64,000 nucleotides of DNA from Amphiscolops sp. MND2022 (Eukaryota), in NCBI GenBank assembly GCA_964187785.1, contig OZ076409.1, positions 25,236,001 to 25,300,000 of the forward strand, given 5' to 3'. Positions 11,298-22,794 of the stretch are shown piece after piece (position 1 is the stretch's first letter; each line of letters starts with the position of its first letter). The notes below the pieces were generated by a model. It worked only from the letters and a program-made list of their open reading frames with translations, was not told the origin of the DNA and made no database searches. The translations under genes and the position numbers were made by a program.

Positions 11298-14264
11298 CTG
11301 CAACACGAACAATTTCATAGAAAAGCGGTAAAGTTATGGCGCTTGATTCATTTTGAAGAAATTAATTTCTGATTCTTGATGAGAAAAAATTCAGTGAGGG
11401 CAAAAATACTACGTCATTATTTGCAGCGAAGGGCCGATTTAATGATAGACACAATACAGAGGAGTCTTAACAAGAGGGTCTTTACATTCACTATGCTTAT
11501 ACATAGACAGATACGATTAAGATGACATCTGAGGGGGTCGACAGTTTTGGCCCTGCGAAGTTACACGGGACCACGGGCAAATGAGCAAACCATATGTATT
11601 TCAACTCAAAAAATGAAATAACATTGAAGATTTTGGGTTGCAGTACTAGAAAACAATATAATTCATCAACTTTAATCAAATTTTTAGTCGGCGCCTTTTC
11701 CTCTAAGGAAAAAAGCCCGACTATTACAGTGGGTAGATTTTTAGTCAGCGCCTTTTCCTTTAACAACTAGAAATTGAACTCACCATAAACTCTCATAAAC
11801 AGCTGGAATTTATCTTTCCACAGTAGGGTGTCGAAAAACTTAGTTTTGACCATATCAAAAGACTTTTGTTTCCAACTTGTTAAGGAAAAAAGCCCGACTA
11901 TTACAGTGGGTAGTTTTTTTAGTCGGCGCTTTTCTAGTGAAAAGTGCTCGACTCTTACAGTGGCTAGTTTTTTAGTCGGCGCATTTTCCTTTAAGGAAAA
12001 AAGCCCGACTATTACAGTGGCTAGTTTTTTTTTCTTTTTTTTTCGTCAGACCACAGAGCTCATCGCGTATGTACCACTTTTTACAGAAACTGATAAGTTC
12101 ACTCAGGCCACTTCGACCAATGCAAACTTACTGCAAAGGGTCCCCCCTTTCGTTTTTTACCTTTTTTACGTAACCTACAAAACCGGAAGACTCCAAAGGG
12201 TCCCCCCTTTCAATTTTTTTTCGGCACTGTGCGAATTTTTTTTTCGAAAATTTTTAATTTTTCAAAAGAGTCCCCCCTTCGGATTTTCTGATATTTTGCA
12301 ACAAAAAGTATGTTAATGAATCCCAAAGGGTCCCCCCTTTTCATTTTTTGGCACTATGCGACGTTTTCGAAGTTTTTTCAAAAAAAATTTCAAAAAAAAA
12401 TTTTTCAAACATTTTTTTTTCAAAATTTTTTTTGTTTCCAGTCGAGTCGGGAAAAGTGATTTTCCAGTCATATCGAGCATGAAAGGCACACTTTGGGTGT
12501 CTCGAAAGTGTTTTCAAAGCTTTTCATGAATACATCCTGGGCATATTTAGAAAACTCATGCACGTCAATGCACGTTAGTCAATATTTAGACAATGCACGT
12601 CCATGCGATTCTTAGTTAGCTTCACTTCTTTGAGAAGCGGGCATGTAGCCAAAATGTTTCCAAGAGCGTTGAAATGATCATCGGTCATGTGGATTCTTGT
12701 GAACGCCAGCTGCTTAATGTTACGATATAACGATGCTTCGATTATGGACAACATCATTTCGGGGTTGTGATACTGAAAAGCGCCCAAAATTTCGTACTTG
12801 CTCTGCTCACAGTCTTGTACAATTTGCAGCGCATAGTCACAGATTTCAACTGAGTCGTTTCTCCTGTGACACAAATCTTTGAACTCGTCCATAATTCCTT
12901 GTTTTAGTTGCCAACCAATCACAATACAGAATAGTTCCTTCTTGCCCAAAATCTTCTCATTCAGAACTGAGTCTTTGGAGAGTGAAGCGAGATCGAGACT
13001 TTTCTGCAACACGAACAATTTCATAGAAAAGCGGTAAAGTTATGGCGCTTGATTCATTTTGAAGAAATTAATTTCTGATTCTTGATGAGAAAAAATTCAG
13101 TGAGGGCAAAAATACTACGTCATTATTTGCAGCGAAGGGCCGATTTAATGATAGACACAATACAGAGGAGTCTTAACAAGAGGGTCTTTACATTCACTAT
13201 GCTTATACATAGACAGATACGATTAAGATGACATCTGAGGGGGTCGACAGTTTTGGCCCTGCGAAGTTACACGGGACCACGGGCAAATGAGCAAACCATA
13301 TGTATTTCAACTCAAAAAATGAAATAACATTGAAGATTTTGGGTTGCAGTACTAGAAAACAATATAATTCATCAACTTTAATCAAATTTTTAGTCGGCGC
13401 CTTTTCCTCTAAGGAAAAAAGCCCGACTATTACAGTGGGTAGATTTTTAGTCAGCGCCTTTTCCTTTAACAACTAGAAATTGAACTCACCATAAACTCTC
13501 ATAAACAGCTGGAATTTATCTTTCCACAGTAGGGTGTCGAAAAACTTAGTTTTGACCATATCAAAAGACTTTTGTTTCCAACTTGTTAAGGAAAAAAGCC
13601 CGACTATTACAGTGGGTAGTTTTTTTAGTCGGCGCTTTTCTAGTGAAAAGTGCTCGACTCTTACAGTGGCTAGTTTTTTAGTCGGCGCATTTTCCTTTAA
13701 GGAAAAAAGCCCGACTATTACAGTGGCTAGTTTTTTTTTCTTTTTTTTTCGTCAGACCACAGAGCTCATCGCGTATGTACCACTTTTTACAGAAACTGAT
13801 AAGTTCACTCAGGCCACTTCGACCAATGCAAACTTACTGCAAAGGGTCCCCCCTTTCGTTTTTTACCTTTTTTACGTAACCTACAAAACCGGAAGACTCC
13901 AAAGGGTCCCCCCTTTCAATTTTTTTTCAGCACTGTGCGAATTTTTTTTTCGAAAATTTTTAATTTTTCAAAAGAGTCCCCCCTTCGGATTTTCTGATAT
14001 TTTGCAACAAAAAGTATGTTAATGAATCCCAAAGGGTCCCCCCTTTTCATTTTTTGGCACTATGCGACGTTTTCGAAGTTTTTTCAAAAAAAATTTCAAA
14101 AAAAAAATTTTTCAAAAAATTTTTTTTCAAATTTTTTTTTGTTTCCAGTCGAGTCGGGAAAAGTGATTTTCCAGTCATATCGAGCATGAAAGGCACACTT
14201 TGGGTGTCTCGAAAGTGTTTTCAAAGCTTTTCATGAATACATCCTGGGCATATTTAGAAAACTC
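10882..14264. repeat. Near-identical tandem duplication, period ~1706 bp (10882-12557 / 12588-14264) with a 30-bp junction insert
   Basis: Direct sequence comparison; the ORF track shows identical ORF pairs offset by 1706. Confidence 0.95.
12575..13003 (-). CDS. TONSL: Truncated duplicate of the TONSL terminal exon (stops after DVHCLNID)
   Basis: Essentially identical to 10882-11297 including the acceptor; the stop codon is created by junction sequence. Confidence 0.7.
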   Translation of the reverse strand, partial: KSLDLASLSKDSVLNEKILGKKELFCIVIGWQLKQGIMDEFKDLCHRRNDSVEICDYALQIVQDCEQSKYEILGAFQYHNPEMMLSIIEASLYRNIKQLAFTRIHMTDDHFNALGNILATCPLLKEVKLTKNRMDVHCLNID

Positions 14265-14745
14265 TGAGCTTTTTGAGCCTTAGATATAGCGCCGACTTTA
14301 GACGTTCCCGTCTTGTTCTTTTTTTCGTCAGACCACAGACCTCATCGCGTATGTACCACTTTTTACAGAAACTGATAAAAGTACTCAGGCCAAGTCCGGC
14401 CAATGCAGACTTAGTGCAAAGGGTCCCCCTTTCATTTTTAACCTTTTTTACGTAACCTACAAAACCAGAAGAGGCTAAAGGGTCCCCCATTTCAATTTTT
14501 CGGCACTGTGCGACTTTTTTCGAAAATTTTTTAATGTCTCAAAAGAGTCCCCCTTTCAGGTTTTTTAATATTTTGCAACAGAATATATGTTAATAAAGCC
14601 CAAAGGGTCCCCCTTTTACATTTTTCGGCACTATGCGACATTTTTTGAGAGAAAAAAATCAAAAAGTTCAAGTTTTTTTTAAAAAAGTCTTTAGCGCTTT
14701 TTGAGCCTTAGGTATAGCGCCGACTTCAGACGTTCCCGTCTTGTT
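13386..14745 (+). repeat. Cluster of HINE-family copies in the TONSL intron (mirrored at 11680-12557)
   Basis: Repeated TTTAGTCGGCGC..CCCGACTATTACAGTG 5' ends; GCGCCGACTT-AGACGTTCCCGTCT-TGTT 3' ends finishing at ~14317 and ~14745. Confidence 0.7.
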
Positions 14746-15364
14746 TCAGCTTAAAATCTCACTCTGACTGGACCACTTTTCTTTCAATTCTTACAATCTT
14801 ACCATTCTCACTTAGCTTACGAAGTAGTATTTTTACCCTAGTTGGAACTCCTTGAACTTTTTACATGTTTTTGTAGGTTACCAAGCTAATTTTCCATGAT
14901 TTTATAAAATTCTCAAAGAAATGTCCATGCATTAAATCTTCATTGATTCGATTTAACTTTATCAAGCTGCCTATAAAATGCACCTTAAATTTGGCGGCAA
15001 TTCTGCGCCGCGACGTTTTGCAAGTTTCATAAAGACGCCGTTCTAATTTTGAAAGCAGCTGAGACCTTAATCAATTTTACCGCGCTTTCAATGCAAACAA
15101 ATTTCAGTCACCTTATAAGTTTCAAAGTAGCGTCATATTTGGCTAACGGTGATTACATAAGGCACTTACATGAGAAACTTACGCGTGAAAACAAAGTGAT
15201 CGCTGCGGTGAAGAAGTGGAAATGTTTTCAGTTTTAATTCAAATAGTAGAAGCTGCATTGTAATCCTACAAAATGTTTCCATGCACGGTACCGGAATTTT
15301 CCATGTTTTATAAAAAATTAGCCTGCATGTTTCCATGCAGCATGTAAAAAGTTCAAGCTATCTC

Positions 15365-15680
15365 GACTAGGGTACATCATCTGAGAAACTCAACGGGGGC
15401 AAAGGGTACTCCCTTAGAGTATTTTTGACTCTGAGTCTTTTTTTTTCGAAAACAAAAATTTCACCAAAGGGTTCCTCCTTCAATTTTTTGATATTTTCCG
15501 ACAGAATGGATGTTGAAAAATCCCAAAGGGTCCCTCCTTTCAGTTTTTCTCGGCATTGTGAGACTTTCAATTTTTTTCATAAAAGGGCCCCCAATTCACC
15601 AATACTTTGACATTTTGAACACCTTCTGCTATTGTTGAGCCTTAGATATGGCGCCAACTTGGGCCGTTCTCGGCTTGTCT
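15365..15680 (+). repeat. Partial HINE-family copy
   Basis: AAAGGGTCCCTCCTTT units and 3' end GCGCCAACTTGGGCCGTTCTCGGCTTGT. Confidence 0.6.
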
Positions 15681-15765
15681 TTTTTATCCAGGAAGACAGA
15701 TTAAATTCTCTAATCCCAAAGTAAACAAATCTGACAATATTAAAGTTCGAATATCGATATCTTAC

Positions 15766-18700
15766 CCCTCGAAACTTGACATCAAGAAGTGGGACCAAGT
15801 CAAATTTCTGTTTGAAATTGGAGCGTTCCAAAATTTGAAGAACTGTTTCATTCCCATCTTTGACATTTACGTTTGCAGTGAAAATGGTTTCCATTGTTCG
15901 ATTGGTGATGTAGCGAATATTCACATCAATAGCTTTATAAGGCAGGATAGGAGCAATTCCTTGAAATAATGGTCGATTTGAAATACATTTAACAGATTCT
16001 GAAGAATTGGATATGAAAGTAGAGCACAAGGGGTGATTGTCCAGTTCTAAACTAAGAATATCATCTGCATCTTTTTGGTTCAAGTCGGCAACTTTAGAAG
16101 ATTGTTGGATAGATAAAACGTCAGAAACATAAGTCGGAATGTCAATGCAAGGCTTAGCGACCTCTAGCTTTGTACTTGTAGCCGCTGATTTGTTTCCAAT
16201 TTCAGGAGATAAGGTCAAAGACTCATTTTCCGACAAATCATTATTTGATTGACTGCTTTCGTCTTTCTCGGGAGACGAGAACTTTTGCAATTCGATTATA
16301 TTAGGTTTATCAACAACGAGAGTACGAGAATGGTCAATTACAGAGCTTCTATCACATATCTCCTCTGATTTTTTCGGCGATACTGGCCGTTGTCTTTTCT
16401 CAGGTGTGACCTCTTGAGATCTTCGTTTGCAAGGATTTGTCGGTATATTTTCCTTTTCTGAATCAGACGAGCTGCTGTCGTCAATAACAACTCTTTTCGA
16501 CAATCTTTTATCTTTTGTAATTTTTTCTTTAATCTTTGTAGGCTCATTGAGACAGCCAGACTCGGATTTCTTAGATTTCAAGCTGACTGAGGATTCCGTT
16601 GTACTACAAATTCCGGAATCAGCAATACTTCCAGATTTTCGGCTGGAAAAACTGCGAACTTCTTGCAGCCACGAAGCTTCATTGGTATCTTTCAAAGTGT
16701 CGTTCGTTTTGGTTTCATTGCCACTAACTGTGACGTCTTTTTCACGACGACGCTCTTTTATCCGATCTGATCGTTTGATATCATCGGCCGTTCTACTTCT
16801 ATATAAGGCATTTCTTCGACTTTGGCATCTTAGAGCGTCTTCGTACATATCCATTGCAGTTCCTGGTTCGTTAGTAACAGTGACGCTATCAGTCTGTTCT
16901 GTACGAAGCAATTCAGAAGGTGGATCATACACAGCGTCATCATCTTCATCACTACTTCCGCCAGAAACAACTTCCGGGCATTGAGCTTCCCTGTTAGACA
17001 ACAAATGAGCATCCAAAACTTTCGTATTTGCTTTGGCTTCCGCAACACATTTAGGTCTTGGAATTTTGCTCAACATGGATTTGATCTCCTCAATAATTTT
17101 CCATTCCTCTGCAGTTGTATTATCTTCACCGTATTGCTTGTCAAGGAGCTCATAAAAAGTATCGGCTGCACATATGCCAATTTTACCTGGAAAATATGGA
17201 TAAGCTCCATTTTCTAACAGAACCTTAGCACATTCAAACTGGTGGCTTTGCATGGCGTCCATCAAAGGTGTCAAACCTGTTTGGGCCATGACACTGTCTA
17301 CCTTGGCGCCGTTTTCAACTAGAAGTTTACAAATCTCCACATGTCCGTGATTTGCTGCTTCATGTAGAGGAGTCCAGCAGTTGTTGTCCCTCACGTTAAC
17401 GCTGTATCCTTGATTAATGAGACTGCGCACAACAGAATACTTGCCTTCGATTACAGCAACCTGCAGTTTTGTTTCGCCTTTTGCGTTTCTTCTCTGCTTG
17501 TTCAACGGAACTTTGCGTTTCTTCTCAGTTTCCGAATCTGAGCTAGAACTTCCGATCTCTTCTAGGAGAGCATCATCATTGTCATCCGCATAATCCGAAT
17601 CTGCCGATAAGTAACCATGTTCTTGCTCTCGTAATCGAGAAGCAAGAGCATTGCATTTGGCCAAACTCGTCTCACTTTCTGCATACTTATGAGCCTTGTC
17701 CATGTAAAGCTCAGCGTTGCTTTTGTCAGAGAGATTGTGATAGCATTTGGATATGTGTCGGGCAATTCGGCTCATTTTTTCATCTTTTTCTTCTATTTCC
17801 ACGCCATTTCTTCTTAAGAGTTTAAGCAATTCCAAATAAATTTCAACAGCATGAGAGAAAAGATTCGAGTCACACAAATTGAGACAAATGGACAATTTCA
17901 AGTCATAAACTTTCTGTCCGAATGTATTACCCTGCTTGTCCAAGAGCCTGAGAACAGCTTCGTAACATTCATTCGACAATTTGTAAGACTGGACCTGGCA
18001 ATAAGTATCACCCAGTTGCTCAATTGTGTCGATATTTCCAGAAAGTTCTAAATCATCATCCAACTTGCTTCTCAGTAATTTACACAACTTCAGTCTCCGC
18101 CCAAGTTTGAGAGCATTTTCTGATAACTCAAATTTTGTAGCATTTTTCATCTTTTTGGCAAGTTTTATATGCGTGTAAGCATCATCGGTATTACTATTCA
18201 TACAGTGATATCTGGCAATATGGTAGTAGCAATTGAACTTTTCTTCCAAGCTGTCTTTGTTCTTTTCAATGATATTCAAATATTTTTTGGCATACTCCAA
18301 ACACAGATCATATTCTTTCCTCTTCTCATATAATGCTTGGGCATCACAGTACAGGAGTAACAAAATGTCTTGAAGATCGCGACTTTGCCGAGCTAATTCG
18401 ATTCCTAAGTTCAAATAGTGAAATGCTGTTTCAAGCTGATCAGTGTTACAAAAGAATTGGGCCATATTTTGAAATAGACTGGCTTTCTTTCGCGGTACTT
18501 CTAAATCACTGGAACAGTCTTTGGAAGCCTTTTTTATATCGTTTAATGTTTTCTCGCTTCCTAAAAACATTTTCTCAGCGTTTGTCAAGTAATTCTTTTT
18601 CTCAGAAGAAGTCAAATTCTCCCCGTCGGCGAGATACATGAAAGCTCGTGCCTGATTCAAGTATGCTTGTTGTAAGTGAGGTAACAATTTGAAGTCTTTA

Positions 18701-19005
18701 GACAATGAAAGATACTTTTCTGCCTTCACAGATGCATCAGTAACATAATCAAGCTCTATCAAGCAGTCTATTGACCTGCGCAAACCATCCAAGTAAGTTT
18801 CACGTTGACTTTGCGTATCAAGCTCCCGGTCAGTGCAAAGCGTTACTATTTCCTCGAATTTCTTGAGAGCATCGTCATAATTTTCTTCCCTGAACAAAAA
18901 TTCTCCCATTTCGAACAATATATCCAACACTTTTTGGAAATAACAATGTGCTCGAGCTTTACTAAGGTCTTGCTGCATAGCCTTGAAAAGTTTTCGATCT
19001 CCCAT
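15766..19005 (-). CDS. TONSL: Tonsoku-like protein, main exon (1080 codons: TPRs, acidic linker, 3 ankyrin repeats, Ser-rich linker, start of UBL)
   Basis: N-terminal TPR helices; RRNAKGETKL...RDNNCWTPLHEAANHGH...TPLMDA ankyrin block retaining the acidic/aromatic residues typical of the TONSL/BARD1 H4K20me0 reader; GTAAGA donor at 15765; with the LRR exon the architecture is diagnostic (1326 aa if spliced to 11297). Confidence 0.88.
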
Positions 19006-19149
19006 TTCATCTGAAAAAGAGGTTATATTGCGACCGGGGTGATTATATAGAGGACCACCGGATTAACGATAGAATCAACAAAGATCTTAGGGTTACCCCT
19101 TCAAACTCCAGTTTCGAAATTGATATGATTTTATTTTTAGTTTTCATGT

Positions 19150-19497
19150 GTGTGGGCGGAAATAGGTCGAAGGAACGGGATCGAAAATCAGTTAGTCCTC
19201 AGGTCGACATACCAAAATTTTTGAATGGGATCGAAACAACTCGGATCGAAAATTTTATAACGTAGTCAGATATGTTCACATACCCCTAGTGCCCTGAATG
19301 CAGGAGCGAAGCGAAGAGGAGCGACGTGCCATATGGCCATGCCTCAATGTTGCTACTTGGCGAAGGGAGCGAAGCGACCGAGCCATACATCAAATACGAT
19401 AAAATTCGACCGCACTCCATTCGATCCCTGCAATACGATCAAAAATTTCGACCTCTGTCCTTTCGACCAGAAAAATTCGACCTATTTACAGCCACTC
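19150..19497 (+). mobile_element. Mutator-like MITE (~350 bp), copy 1
   Basis: TIRs G(T/G)GTGG..GAAATAGGTCGAA / TTCGACCTATTT..CCAC(T/C)C; 9-bp TSD TTTTCATGT at 19141-19149 and 19498-19506. Confidence 0.85.
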
Positions 19498-19950
19498 TTT
19501 TCATGTCTTGCAGTCTTCGCACACCAGCATCTACAACTACTTAAAAAACAGAAGTTAGCCGGGAGTACGAGCAAAGGATGGTGGACAGTAACAGACTCTG
19601 AAGTAATCTTTTCCCGTCAACAAAAGCATGCGCCGGAGATCTCTCGGGGCCAAAAGACTAAAGGATCGCCGAAATTTAAACAACGACAAAGCGAAATATT
19701 TTTCGTTCGAAGATTTAGATTTTGGTGATCCGCAAATAGTTTGGCATATTCTTTTTCTGACTGAAAACATTTCAAAACCCACATTGTGAATGAGGAAAAA
19801 AATCAAAAAGTTGCGATTTTCGGTGCCTATTCATACAGCAGAAAATGAAAATTTGGTCCCATACAGCCGAATTCAAATTACTAGCTTTTAGTGCTGTTAC
19901 AGCCAATATGTTGGAACTTGATTTATTTAAAAAGGTTTGAATATTTGTTG

Positions 19951-20083
19951 TATGGCTCGGTCGCTTCGCTCCCTTCGCCAAGTAGCAACATTGAGGCATG
20001 GCCATATGGCACGTCGCTCCGCTTCGCTTCGCTCCTGCATTTAGGGCACTAGGGGTATGTGAACATAGCTAACTACGTTATAA
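19951..20083 (-). repeat. Solo ~133 bp GAGCGAAGCG-containing module, also nested inside the Mutator-like MITE
   Basis: Reverse complement of 19256-19388 without the MITE arms. Confidence 0.8.
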
Positions 20084-21191
20084 TAATAATTCCGACAAAA
20101 TCTGACACGCGTTTTCAGCTTAGTGAATTCAATTCGATTTCAAATTTCAGCCAATCAGATTGCAACATAAAGAAATATTCTGCTGTTTGAGACCAATTTT
20201 TCATTTTCTGCTGTTTGGTACTTCGGCTGTTTGGGAATTCCCCCGATTTTCCAATGAAACTTGCGCAATATCAATAGCAACAGGTCATATCGCGAGTAGT
20301 TTGGTTATAAAGCGGTGGGTCCCCACGCCAGGGGGGGGGTGTCCAAAAAAATTTCGACCCAAGGCAAGTTCCGCAAGAATAAATGAGTCACACACTTACT
20401 CCCAAAAATTTCTGAAATCCGGAAAAAAATACACCCCCCCCCTGATCATCACATGTAAAAATTCGAAAAACCGAAAAATTTTCGAAAAATACCTATAAAT
20501 AGTTTGAAACATCCGAAAAATTCAAGAAACGTGTTTCAAGCATCACATATATTTGAAAAAAATCAATGGAAAAGTTCCATTGCACATTTTGTCAGGTCAT
20601 GAAAAATTGGAAACCCATGGGAAAATAATTCCATGGTCAATACTTTTAGTATTTTGGATATTTCTCCACAGAGTTGGGAAAAGCTTAGATTAACTACTGA
20701 AAAAAAGTAAAACAAAATGGTACATCAGGAAAGACTATGTCAAAAGACCGCAAAAATTCCAGTGTCATTACATTGAAAACTAATAACTATTGAATCACTG
20801 GACGAAGTGATGCTGTGTTGCATTAGGCGGATTTTTATATGAAGGAAAACAGTCCTATACAGGAAAAAAAAGATGGCGCTCAAACAATTATCTTTACAAA
20901 GCTGACTTCACTAACATGGAGAAATGTTTTTAATAGTGGAAAACTCCTCAATTTTGGATATGCATTTCAATCTACGGATGAGCAAACATCAGACATACGG
21001 GAACCTTCTGAATTTCGTCTACAGCATTGAGTGTTTTCTATAGACCGCAAAAAAGTCTAAATATACCACCAAATGTGTTCAGTCAATTTCTACATGAAAC
21101 AATAATCGGCTATTCTAGGGACGTTCGCTATACCAGTGCAACGATTTACAAGTTATCATTATTTGAGTACGAAGCAACCATTACAAGGATT

Positions 21192-21441
21192 GGGTGAACG
21201 GAAATGGGTCGAAAGAAATGGGTCGAATCGGCCTCCTGTGCCATGGGTCGAATCTTCACCGTTTCGGAATTGGGTCGAATGGACTTGGGTCGACCTTGAA
21301 AAATGCCAAGTTCAAGGGAGACAACATATTGATTTCGACCCAAGTCCATTCAACCCCAGTCAATTCGACCTAAGTTATTCGACCAAAAGGGTCGACCTAA
21401 TTCTTTTCGACCTATTTCATTCGACCCATTTCATGCAATCC
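21192..21441. mobile_element. Second Mutator-like MITE family, inserted in the left Polinton arm
   Basis: GGGTGAA..GAAATGGGTCGAA / TTCGACCCATTTC..CAATCC TIRs; 9-bp TSD ACAAGGATT at 21183-21191 and 21442-21450. Confidence 0.8.
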
Positions 21442-22794
21442 ACAAGGATTTACGCGTTGCATTTATTTCAGTAGATAATTCTTTTTGTTGAGTGTACATC
21501 GGATATTTTTTTCATTGTAGCTTATCTTTCATACAAAATCAGGTTAAAATTTTGCGTCTTCAGGAGGAAGATTTTTACTCTTTCAAATCTATATTCAACT
21601 CCGTTTCTCTATCGATTATTTGACGAATGGAGCTCCATGTAGTGTTTTTAAGGTACTTTCAAGACAATTTCATTTCGGGACGTTGTTCCTGTTAATGTTA
21701 CAAGAGTGCCTATGAAACGATGCATCACTATCAGATTCAGTTCGACTACACAACCAAGTTTACTACTTTGCTCGAAAAGTGGAGCACGCTTAAGACAAAT
21801 AATCATAAAATTCATGTGGTGACCTGTTAGATCATTCACTTCAAGGGCAAAATATTATCATTGAAAATTATTTGAATCACAGATGTGTTTATTTTCAACA
21901 AGGTACGCACAAAATACACTGCACCAGACATAGTGAAGAACTAGTTCCAATTGAAAATTTTCGTATCGACAACACGAGTTTTCCAGACAGCACTAAATTC
22001 AATACATTTATTTACCCGGATGGAAATAAGTTTGATAAATCGAACAGCGATGGCTGAAAGTGGATACTAATTGAGGTTTATCAATTTAAACCCATGAAAT
22101 TCAGTTGTTTTGACACGAATATTGAGACGTTGAAATCAAACATGAATAAACTTGTTTAGAAACAATTCCTACCATTTATCTCAAATTGGAATCACTTAAA
22201 AATGGATTTCAGCAAAAATCACGTGATTGTTTTATTACATACGACATGCCAAATACGATATAATCCAGGTCTCAAGCTTCAAAGCCCAAGAAGAAAATGG
22301 ATATAATCATCGAGAATTAAATATACGAAAGCGGTAATAAATTGTAGACAAGATAACTACCAAACAAATACACTACACCATAAAAACAAATACACTACAC
22401 CATAAAACATAGTTAGGAAGTTGATTAGAATTAAACTTGGAATATGTTAACGAAACAAGGTTTCATAATACTCCACTGACAAGCAAAACTTTCATTCAGA
22501 TCTTATTGTAATATACTCTTTTGTAAACGTGGAGGTACTTTTACTAGAGCTAAGTCCTAAAAAGCACACGAAATACAATTGATAGCATTGACAGGACAGT
22601 AAATTTGAGTCCTTAAGTTTGAACGAAATAATCTTTGGAAACAACACCTCACGAACAGAAAACGAAGTAATACATTCCACAATCACAGAATACAAAGTTA
22701 ATAGTTTTTGTTGTTGAATTCAAGTCTACTGATTGTTTTAACATCACGCAATTTCAATGCAATGCTGTACTTGCAGAAGGAGCACCCTAGGTTC

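Noticed and set aside
15577..15765. C-terminal tail of the 1142-aa ORF as the true TONSL end
   Set aside because: Lies past the GTAAGA donor and runs into a HINE repeat; the UBL domain continues correctly in the LRR exon
19326..19728. Recurrent MAMPQCCYLAKG / MPYGHASMLL ORFs as a small gene family
   Set aside because: Chance frames of a non-coding MITE; start, frame and length vary between copies
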